Origin: Coprobacillaceae bacterium
Lineage (GTDB): Bacteria > Bacillota_I > Bacilli_A > Erysipelotrichales > Coprobacillaceae
NCBI GenBank assembly: GCA_963675915.1
Contig: OY780959.1
Coordinates: 2,400,001-2,432,000 of the forward strand
Length of the DNA: 32,000 bases
Direction: 5' to 3'
Shown here: positions 1 to 8,460 of the stretch, in pieces
How positions within the stretch are numbered: position 1 is the stretch's first letter
How the letters are laid out: every line of letters begins with the position of its first letter
Notes under the pieces: model-generated
The model's input: the letters and a program-made list of their open reading frames with translations, nothing else
Databases searched by the model: none
What the model was told of the DNA's origin: nothing
Program-made: the position numbers and the translations under genes

Positions 1-171
1 CCCTCTTTAATGTGATTATACGGTATTATCCAATTCACTTCTATACAAACAGCATTAATATTCGACAAATCCAAAGATTTGCACTGCCCAAGGGAAAACA
101 ATTAGTGGAAAGAACAAGTGGCAATGAGCGATAATGAAAATGAGAAATCAGATACTCAAGGAGGGGAAACT

Positions 172-483
172 ATGGAAGAATTAAGAATTTTGATTGTTTG
201 TGGGTCGGGAGCCAGCTCCGGATTCATGGCAGCCAATATGAGAAAAGCGGCAACGGCCCAAGGTTTGCAGTTAAAAATAACTGCCCGAAGTGAGTCGGAA
301 ATCGAAAATTATCTGGATGAGATTGATGCACTGATGGTTGGGCCCCATCTGGCTTATATCATGGATGATATCGAAGAATACATCGGCGATACCCAAATTG
401 CTGTTGTTTTGATGGAACCTGAATATTATTCATTGCTAGATGGTGAAAAGGCGATTGAACATCTTATGAAGAAAATCAGATAA
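172..483 (+). CDS. PTS lactose/cellobiose-family EIIB subunit
   Basis: ORF 118-483. Preferred start is ATG 172, preceded by GGAGGGG (161-167). The translation RILIVCGSGASSGFMAANMRK contains the phospho-Cys loop typical of cellobiose-type EIIB. Length of about 103 aa is as expected, and EIIC and EIIA follow. Confidence 0.85.
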   Translation: MEELRILIVCGSGASSGFMAANMRKAATAQGLQLKITARSESEIENYLDEIDALMVGPHLAYIMDDIEEYIGDTQIAVVLMEPEYYSLLDGEKAIEHLMKKIR

Positions 484-497
484 GCTGGGTAATCGAT

Positions 498-1715
498 ATG
501 GATAAACTGATAAATTTCCTCAACAAGAGGATCGCAGCACCGATGACCAGAATAAATCAAAACACCTGGCTGGTCACCATCAGAGATTCATTCAATCAGA
601 TCATACCGTTTATTTATCTTGCTTCAGTCTTAGCGATGTTGACAATCCCCGCCCAGGGTATGCACATCGAGTGGTGGCCGGATTTTTGGTGTTTCTATGA
701 CTGGGCGATTGGACTTATTTCACCGCTAGTGGCATTTTTGATACCATTCAATCTGATGGAAAAAAACCGGTTGAAAAAGTACCGTTTTGTCGCAGGGATA
801 AGTGGGATGACCCTTTATGGGATAACCGTGGCACCTGAGATTCTGGCCGGATTAGCCAATGGATTTGAGCGAAGTGCATTTGGTCCGGCCGGACTTTTCG
901 TTGCGCTGATAACTGGAACTATTGCTGGGATGATTATTCGGGCTTTGGGCAAGGTTCGTTTCTTCGGGGAAGATTCTGAAATTCCGGATTTTGTGAGATT
1001 TTGGCCCGAACAGCTAATGCCAATCGCAATTATTGTGTGCGGTGGATACCTGATGGTGGGAATTGCCGGGATTGATCTGGCAGGGCTAATAAATCTAGTT
1101 TTTAGCCCGTTGCAGTTTGTAACTGAGACTTTTTGGGGATTTTTGGCAATTGACCTGTTCATTGTGATTTTGTATTCGATAGGGATTTCGGCTTGGGTTT
1201 TGACACCGATAACAACACCATTGAAACTGGTGGCGATAACCGCCAACAGTTTTGCGGGCGCTTCGAATGTTTTCACCAGTTCATTTCAATATGCCTACAT
1301 GTGTATTGGAGGGACCGGCTGTACTTTGGGTCTGGCATTATTGTTTTATTTTTCTAAATCAAAGCGATTAAGCAAACTGGGAAAGGCGGCAATTGTGCCA
1401 TCGATTTTCAATATTAATGAACCAATTGTTTTTGGAGCTGTTGTCTGGAATCCGATTTTGATGGTTCCGATGATTTTAAACAGTGTCGTATATTGTTCGA
1501 TTGCCTGGATGGGGACCAAGATGATTGGCTTTGCCCCGATTCCGGAGCTGTTGTTCCAGTTTTGGTATCTGCCCTACCCGATTTCGACCTGGTTGGCTAC
1601 TGGTGGTTCATTTACGGCAGTTGTTCTGGTAATGATTATTTTCTTGGCTACGGCACTGGTATGGTATCCTTTTTTCAAAATATATGAAAAAAGCTGTTGC
1701 CAAAATGAGGATTAA
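498..1715 (+). CDS. PTS lactose/cellobiose-family EIIC permease
   Basis: 405-aa polytopic membrane ORF starting 15 nt after EIIB. It has the FNINEPIVFG motif and the overall hydrophobic pattern of Lac/Cel EIIC. It lies between EIIB and EIIA. Confidence 0.85.
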   Translation: MDKLINFLNKRIAAPMTRINQNTWLVTIRDSFNQIIPFIYLASVLAMLTIPAQGMHIEWWPDFWCFYDWAIGLISPLVAFLIPFNLMEKNRLKKYRFVAGISGMTLYGITVAPEILAGLANGFERSAFGPAGLFVALITGTIAGMIIRALGKVRFFGEDSEIPDFVRFWPEQLMPIAIIVCGGYLMVGIAGIDLAGLINLVFSPLQFVTETFWGFLAIDLFIVILYSIGISAWVLTPITTPLKLVAITANSFAGASNVFTSSFQYAYMCIGGTGCTLGLALLFYFSKSKRLSKLGKAAIVPSIFNINEPIVFGAVVWNPILMVPMILNSVVYCSIAWMGTKMIGFAPIPELLFQFWYLPYPISTWLATGGSFTAVVLVMIIFLATALVWYPFFKIYEKSCCQNED

Positions 1716-1742
1716 AAAGATTGGATTTATAAGGGGAAAAAT

Positions 1743-2111
1743 ATGGATGAAAAAAATATGCAGATATCGATGCAAATCATATTAAATGCCGGCGATGCGC
1801 GAGCAGCCTGTAAAAAAGCGCTTGATGCTGTCGCAAAAGGGGAATTGGATTTGGCAAAAGAAAGAATAAAGGATGCCCAGGAAAAAATCACTATTGCTCA
1901 CCGGATTCAAACAGATGCAATCCAGGCGGAAACAAATGGTGCTACTCCGGTCTATTCTTTGCTTTTTTCACACGCTCAGGATACTCTGATGACAGTATAT
2001 AGTGAACTGAATATTGCCAGGCAACTGATCAAAATATTCACTAGTTACGATAACCGAATTAGCGAACTGGAAAAGAATATGAACAAGTTATTGGACGAAA
2101 AGAGGGGCTAG
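1743..2111 (+). CDS. PTS lactose/cellobiose-family EIIA subunit
   Basis: 122-aa helical protein. QIILNAGDARA and IAHRIQTDAIQ (active-site His context) are typical of Lac/Cel EIIA. RBS AAGGGGAAAAA lies before the ATG. Confidence 0.85.
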   Translation: MDEKNMQISMQIILNAGDARAACKKALDAVAKGELDLAKERIKDAQEKITIAHRIQTDAIQAETNGATPVYSLLFSHAQDTLMTVYSELNIARQLIKIFTSYDNRISELEKNMNKLLDEKRG

Positions 2112-2162
2112 AAGTTGTTAAAAAGTAAAGGGATTTATCAACTTTCAAGTGAAACAAAATAG

Positions 2163-3635
<1,473 letters not shown>

Positions 3636-3641
3636 AATCAA

Positions 3642-3672
3642 GGCACCAGCTTCAACGAGCTGGTGCCTTTTG
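3642..3672 (+). terminator. Rho-independent terminator of the PTS/GH1 operon
   Basis: GGCACCAGC (3642-3650) pairs with GCTGGTGCC (3659-3667) across an 8-nt loop, followed by TTTT. Confidence 0.8.
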
Positions 3673-3700
3673 ACAAACGGAAATAAATTTAAGAATACCC

Positions 3701-3731
3701 TTGACTTAAAGTTAAGTTTAAGGTCTAAGAT
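3701..3731 (+). promoter_or_regulatory. Promoter with 19-bp spacer and internal dyad (MerR-type architecture)
   Basis: -35 TTGACT (3701-3706) and -10 TAAGAT (3726-3731) are separated by 19 bp. The spacer holds the near-palindrome CTTAAAgTTAAgTTTAAG (3705-3722, 16 of 18 positions symmetric). Confidence 0.5.
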
Positions 3732-3826
3732 GTAGTAGTTGAAGCGATGCTAAAAGCTATTCGCTCACACGAATCTCATCCAGAGGGGTGGGGAGATATA
3801 ATCAAAAAATAAAATGGAGGAACATT

Positions 3827-4990
3827 ATGAATTTAGATTTTACATATCAAAACCCAACAACAATCTATTTTGGGAAAGAATCACTTAATAATTTGAAAAC
3901 TGAATTGGCCAATTATGGAGATACAATCATGTTGGCATACGGTAAAAGTGCCATCAAGAAAATCGGTCTGTACGATGAGGTTATCGCTATCTTGAAAGAT
4001 GCCGGAAAAACTGTGGTTGAAGTATCAGGTATCATGGCCAACCCCACATATGATAAAGTTGCTGAAGGGGCTAAAGTTGTCAAAGATAATAATGTGGATC
4101 TGATTTTGGCTGTTGGTGGTGGATCGGTTATTGACTGCGCCAAAGGGATTTCAGTAGCTGCTTACTGCGAAGGTGACGCATGGACCAAATACTGGCTTCA
4201 ATTCGCACCAGTTGACAATAAAATCGTTCCGGTAGCATCAATTTTGACCCTGGCTGGAACCGGTTCGGAAATGAACGGCGGATCAGTAATCACGAATAAT
4301 GCGATGAAATTGAAAATGGGTCGTGTATTCCCGGCGAATGTCAATCCAAAATTCTCAATTTTGAATACGGAATATACCTTCACATTACCAGCTTATCAGA
4401 TGGCCAGCGGAATCTTCGATATGATGTCACATTTGATGGAATCATATTTTTCAGGGGAAGACGATGTCACAACTGATTATCTGATTGAAGGATTGCTTCG
4501 TTCAATCATCAACAGTGCCAAAGTAGCTGTGGATGATCCTAAAAACTATGAAGCGAGAAGTAATTTGATGTGGAGTTCCACTTTGGCGATGAATCCAATC
4601 ATGGGATTAAGCAAAACTCAAGACTGGCAAGTCCATATGATTGAACACCAATTAGGGGCTTACACTGACTGTGCCCACGGGATGGGATTGGCGGCGGTTT
4701 CCCTGCCTTACTACCGCGCAATTTACAAAGACGGTTTGGATAAATTCGTCCGTTTCGCGACTCAAGTATGGAATGTTGATCCTGGAGGAAAAACCAAAGA
4801 TGAAATCGCTCTTGCGGGTATTGATGCTCTTGAAGACTTCTGCAGAGAATGTGAAATCGTCACTAACTTACAAGATTTGGGAACAACTGAAGATATGTTG
4901 CCGATGATTGCTGAGTCAACAATCATTTTAGGCGGATACAAAAAAATGACCAAAGATGAAGTTCTTGAAGTATTGAAAGAGGCTTTCTAG
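3827..4990 (+). CDS. Iron-containing alcohol dehydrogenase (butanol dehydrogenase/YqhD-like)
   Basis: ORF 3788-4990. Preferred start is ATG 3827 after GGAGG (3817-3821). N-terminus MNLDFTYQNPTTIYFGKES and the GGGSVIDCAKG motif are typical of group III Fe-ADH. Confidence 0.85.
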   Translation: MNLDFTYQNPTTIYFGKESLNNLKTELANYGDTIMLAYGKSAIKKIGLYDEVIAILKDAGKTVVEVSGIMANPTYDKVAEGAKVVKDNNVDLILAVGGGSVIDCAKGISVAAYCEGDAWTKYWLQFAPVDNKIVPVASILTLAGTGSEMNGGSVITNNAMKLKMGRVFPANVNPKFSILNTEYTFTLPAYQMASGIFDMMSHLMESYFSGEDDVTTDYLIEGLLRSIINSAKVAVDDPKNYEARSNLMWSSTLAMNPIMGLSKTQDWQVHMIEHQLGAYTDCAHGMGLAAVSLPYYRAIYKDGLDKFVRFATQVWNVDPGGKTKDEIALAGIDALEDFCRECEIVTNLQDLGTTEDMLPMIAESTIILGGYKKMTKDEVLEVLKEAF

Positions 4991-5014
4991 ATTAAAGCAA
5001 ATGATGAATATCAA

Positions 5015-5050
5015 AACAACCTAGCCTAATTGGTTACAGGTTGTTTTTTT
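5015..5050 (+). terminator. Rho-independent terminator
   Basis: AACAACCT (5015-5022) pairs with AGGTTGTT (5038-5045), followed by a T run. Confidence 0.75.
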
Positions 5051-5203
5051 AGCTGTTCTGAGATTTTTGAGAATTCAATCAGGTAAGTTTAAGGAACAGG
5101 ACAAGATTGATTTGTGAAAAACCAAAATATTAAGACATAAATATAAGCATAATTCGAAAATAGGCGTTTATTTTCAAAAAGTCAAATCGGGTGCCAAATT
5201 ACA

Positions 5204-5232
5204 TTGAATTCATGGGGTTAATATGCTATATT
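5204..5232 (+). promoter_or_regulatory. Sigma-A-type promoter of the T-box operon
   Basis: TTGAAT (5204-5209), 17-bp spacer, TATATT (5227-5232). It sits immediately upstream of the T-box Stem I. Confidence 0.55.
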
Positions 5233-5238
5233 TATCAA

Positions 5239-5497
5239 AACCGATGATTGAGAATAGTAGTATTTGAAAAGACATCCCAGAGAAAAGCCGGTTGGTGAAA
5301 GGCTTATGTGATTTTGAATATGAATGGACTTATGAGGGCGAACTGAAAGACAGTAGGGGAGACGGAGAGTTGCTTCGTTAACAAACAAAGCGCATGTTTG
5401 TGTGCATGAGAGGGCATGATTTTATGCCAAAATGGGTGGCACCGCAGGAGATAATACTCTTGTCCCAGATATTGATATCTGAGACAGGGGTTTTTTT
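5239..5497 (+). promoter_or_regulatory. T-box riboswitch leader, tryptophan (UGG) specifier
   Basis: Stem I elements: GA/K-turn GATGA (5243-5247), AG bulge CCAGAGA, distal loop GGTGAAA. The specifier loop 3' side reads GAA-TGG-A (5322-5328). Stem III is GGCAT/ATGCC. The T-box sequence is AAATGGGTGGCACCGCAGG (5430-5448). An alternative terminator spans 5457-5497 with a T7 run. Confidence 0.85.
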
Positions 5498-5558
5498 GTT
5501 AGAAAAAAACTAACTGGTTGGATTTCGATAGCAGATACGATTACAGGGAGGATTTTTC

Positions 5559-6725
5559 ATGAAAAAAACCAAAGGTTTATCCATGGCAATGGGAATTGCT
5601 TTTGTCGGGTTCATCACCCAGTTTGGCGGAGGTTTCGCTTCGGGAGCCCAAATTTATCAGTATTTCATCAATTATGGAATCTGGATGCTGGCGACTCCGA
5701 TTATTGCCCAGGGAATAATGGCTTTGTTTTACTATTATGGGATGAGTTATGCCTATAAACACAATACTTATGATTACCGAAGTTTCTCGGATCGCTTCTA
5801 CGGGCGCTTCAGTGTGGTTTTCTCCAATCTTTATGAAATCGAATATATCGTAATGGTCTGTCTGGCGCCGGCGGTGGCTTTTGCCACGGGAGCTTCGACG
5901 CTGACCGCTTTGACCGGGATTCCCTATCTGGTTTCCACGATGATCATCGGGGTGTCCATCTTCGTGGTGGCCCTTTTTGGAACCGGATTTGTGAGAAAAT
6001 ATTCAGCAGTTCTTTCAGTGGTGGTCATTGCGGGATTGCTGGCAGTCCTGATTCCCAACATCATCATGCAATGGGATACCATAGTCGCTGCTTTTTCAAA
6101 AGTCGGTGCCGGGCAGATGCCGGTGGGATCTTCTCAAGATGGCGGGATTATCAGTGCGATTACCCGCGGGTGTGTTTATGGAATATTCCAGTTGACTGCA
6201 GTGGGTCTGATGTATCAACATACCAAAGGAATCACCGAACCTGAAGACATTAAAAAATCGATGATTTACATGTTCATCATCAATACCGTTATTATGGAAC
6301 TTGCCATTGTCGGATTGATGGCGGTGGCCTTCCTTCCGGAGTTGGCGGAAGTGGCAGTGCCGATGTTGCTGCTGGTTCAAAACGGTGTCGGGGCCAATAT
6401 TCTGACTCCGCTGATTTCAGTCCTGATGGTTGTCGGGGCGGTTTCGACGGGAGTTACCATGATTGCCGGAATAGTCGAAAGAACTGTCAAACAGATTGAA
6501 AAGAAAACCAAAGTGAAAAGAAGCCATTATGTGCTGGTTTCATTGCTGTTCACGGGATTGGCTTTTTCAATCGCTCAGTTTGGCTTAATTCCATTGGTAG
6601 GTCGCGGTTATTCATATATCGGGTATGCAACGTTATTTGTAATTGTCATACCATTCATTATTCATTTTGTTTCAACTAAAACCAGAAAAGCAAAAAAACT
6701 GGAGATTGACGAGGAGGGCGTTTAG
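5559..6725 (+). CDS. Polytopic membrane permease, YkvI-like/APC-superfamily (putative amino-acid or related-metabolite transporter)
   Basis: 388 aa and highly hydrophobic, with about 10-12 predicted TM segments. The N-terminal FVGFITQFGGGFASGAQIYQYF resembles the YkvI family. RBS GGGAGGA. It is the first gene after the T-box. Confidence 0.6.
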   Translation: MKKTKGLSMAMGIAFVGFITQFGGGFASGAQIYQYFINYGIWMLATPIIAQGIMALFYYYGMSYAYKHNTYDYRSFSDRFYGRFSVVFSNLYEIEYIVMVCLAPAVAFATGASTLTALTGIPYLVSTMIIGVSIFVVALFGTGFVRKYSAVLSVVVIAGLLAVLIPNIIMQWDTIVAAFSKVGAGQMPVGSSQDGGIISAITRGCVYGIFQLTAVGLMYQHTKGITEPEDIKKSMIYMFIINTVIMELAIVGLMAVAFLPELAEVAVPMLLLVQNGVGANILTPLISVLMVVGAVSTGVTMIAGIVERTVKQIEKKTKVKRSHYVLVSLLFTGLAFSIAQFGLIPLVGRGYSYIGYATLFVIVIPFIIHFVSTKTRKAKKLEIDEEGV

Positions 6726-7814
6726 ATGTTGTTGGAAAATTACGAATTACATTTGCCAAGTTATTCGATTGGAGATGAAGTTTACGATCAAGTAGGAAAA
6801 ATTTGCAGTCGATATGGTACCAAAGCAGTGGTTATCGGGGGGAAGAAAGCTACTGCGGCAATGAAGGCCAAACTGGAGGAGTCGATTGTCAATACACCAA
6901 TCGAGGTTATTGATTACGTTCTCTACGGTAAAGACTGTACATTTGAAATGGTGGAAAAATTGAAAGCACATCCGTCGTTCATTGAAGCTGATATGGTATT
7001 TGCAGTAGGTGGAGGAAAAGCGACCGATACTTGCAAGTGTCTTTGCCAGCAAACTGAAAAACCGATTTTCAGCTTTCCGACCATCGCTTCAAACTGCTCG
7101 GCATGTACGACTGTTTCAATCATGTACAATGAGGATGGGACATTCTTGAAACCATATTTCTTTTTGGAACCGCCGATCCATGCTTTCATCGATACTGAAA
7201 TCATCGCCAAGGCACCGGCTCAGTACATGTGGGCCGGAATCGGGGATACTTACGCAAAATATTACGAAGCGGACATCTCTTCTAGAGGTGAACAGTTGCC
7301 TCATTATACGGCTTTGGGGGTCAATACCAGCCGCATGTGTCTCGATCCGTTGATGACATATGGAAAGAAAGGTTATCTGGATAATCAAAACAAGGTGGTT
7401 TCTTATGAACTTGAGCAGACTGTCTTGGCAATAGTAGTTACGACGGCAATTGCCTCGATCTTTCTGACCCGGGATTTCACTCCTGATTACAACAGCGGTC
7501 TGGCGCACGCCATCTTCTATGCTCTGACTTCATTTCCAATCATTGAAGAGAAACATCTTCATGGTGAAGTTGTCGGATTCGGGGTCCTTTATGCCTTGCT
7601 GGTGGATGGTCAAGCTGAAGAATTCGAGAAAATCTACAATTTCAATAAAGCAATCGGCCTTCCAACCAAACTGTCTGATGTGGATATGGATGAGTCAAGT
7701 TTCGGAGGGCTTCTAGAAACGATCACGAAAATGTCCGATGTCAGCCATTATCCTTATGAAATTACTGTGGCAATGTTGCAAGATGCCATGGCGGTTCTTG
7801 AGCAAAAAGCCTAA
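6726..7814 (+). CDS. Glycerol-dehydrogenase-like oxidoreductase (Fe/Zn-ADH, DHQS-like superfamily)
   Basis: 362 aa. The motifs VGGGKATDTCK, GIGDTYAKY, HAIFYAL and LHGEVVGFG match GldA-type nucleotide and metal-ligand motifs. Its start is coupled to the upstream stop (TAGATG, 6723-6728). Confidence 0.7.
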   Translation: MLLENYELHLPSYSIGDEVYDQVGKICSRYGTKAVVIGGKKATAAMKAKLEESIVNTPIEVIDYVLYGKDCTFEMVEKLKAHPSFIEADMVFAVGGGKATDTCKCLCQQTEKPIFSFPTIASNCSACTTVSIMYNEDGTFLKPYFFLEPPIHAFIDTEIIAKAPAQYMWAGIGDTYAKYYEADISSRGEQLPHYTALGVNTSRMCLDPLMTYGKKGYLDNQNKVVSYELEQTVLAIVVTTAIASIFLTRDFTPDYNSGLAHAIFYALTSFPIIEEKHLHGEVVGFGVLYALLVDGQAEEFEKIYNFNKAIGLPTKLSDVDMDESSFGGLLETITKMSDVSHYPYEITVAMLQDAMAVLEQKA

Positions 7815-7822
7815 CATCTGTA

Positions 7823-7892
7823 AATGAAAAACATAAAAACCATGACTTCGGTTCACTGATGTGACCAGGTCATGGTTTTTATGTTTTTCATT
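7823..7892. terminator. Long perfect hairpin, probable bidirectional terminator
   Basis: Perfect 24-nt arms: AATGAAAAACATAAAAACCATGAC (7823-7846) and GTCATGGTTTTTATGTTTTTCATT (7869-7892). The loop has further partial pairing (GGTTCAC/GTGACC). Confidence 0.7.
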
Positions 7893-7907
7893 CATAACGG
7901 GAACTGT

Positions 7908-7936
7908 TTGCCAGTGTTCCCGATAATCAGTATAAT
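7908..7936 (+). promoter_or_regulatory. Sigma-A-type promoter
   Basis: TTGCCA (7908-7913), 17-bp spacer, consensus TATAAT (7931-7936). Confidence 0.6.
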
Positions 7937-7968
7937 AGATTTTGAATAATGAAGGAAAAAAGGAGAAA

Positions 7969-8439
7969 ATGATGTTAAAGAAAATGTTTGATATAGTAGT
8001 CAAAGTGGCTACTCCGACAGTAGTCGGTCAGGATGACAAGGTCGGGAGAAGGCAGCTGATTCCAATTACTGAAGGGAAACTTACCGGTCAGGATATCGCC
8101 GGCAATCAAATCGAGGGAACGGTGCTTCCCGGTGGAGTCGACAGTCAGGTGATCCGGCCGAATGGAATTTGCGAACTGTCAGCCCGTTATGGGGTGCGTC
8201 TTTCAAGTGGCGACTCATTTTACATCGAGAACAATGGAATAAGAACGGTTCCGGATGAATATGTGGAGAAAGTTGTAAGAGGTGAATTCGTGGATCCGGA
8301 TGCCTATTACTTTTCCACTACGCCGACTTTTGAAATCTACAGCGACAATCTCAAATGGCTCAACTGTTATTTGTTTGTCTGTAAGGCGACCAGATTGCCC
8401 GCTGAGGTTCAGCTTTCATTCTATATAGTTGAAAAATAA
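7969..8439 (+). CDS. DUF3237 (UPF0311) family protein
   Basis: ORF 7942-8439. Start is ATG 7969 or 7972, after AGGAG (7961-7965). GRRQLIPITEGKLTG...VLPGGVDSQVIRPNG...ELSARY matches the DUF3237 pattern. Confidence 0.75.
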   Translation: MMLKKMFDIVVKVATPTVVGQDDKVGRRQLIPITEGKLTGQDIAGNQIEGTVLPGGVDSQVIRPNGICELSARYGVRLSSGDSFYIENNGIRTVPDEYVEKVVRGEFVDPDAYYFSTTPTFEIYSDNLKWLNCYLFVCKATRLPAEVQLSFYIVEK

Positions 8440-8452
8440 CTACTTGGATTTC

Positions 8453-8460
8453 CTGTTTGC
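8453..8460. repeat. Left copy of the 8-bp target-site duplication CTGTTTGC
   Basis: Identical octamer directly abutting both IS ends (8453-8460 and 10134-10141). Confidence 0.85.

Noticed and set aside
118-171. N-terminal extensions offered by the ORF track (starts at 118, 3788, 7942, 10123, 12143, 17785, 24995, 26502, 28755, 30714, 31952).
   Set aside because: In each case an internal ATG preceded at 5-9 nt by a strong AGGAG-type RBS gives a protein that begins where the family normally begins. The extensions lack an RBS or use TTG/GTG. The 10123 extension starts inside the IS terminal repeat.
815-1276. Long antisense ORFs inside well-supported genes: 815-1276, 2634-3191, 10129-10707, 14334-14879, 28845-29375, 6747-7508 and others.
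   Set aside because: Each lies entirely within, and opposite to, a gene with clear family motifs. None has a recognisable RBS or conserved motif, and their compositions look like reverse-frame artefacts of the sense genes.
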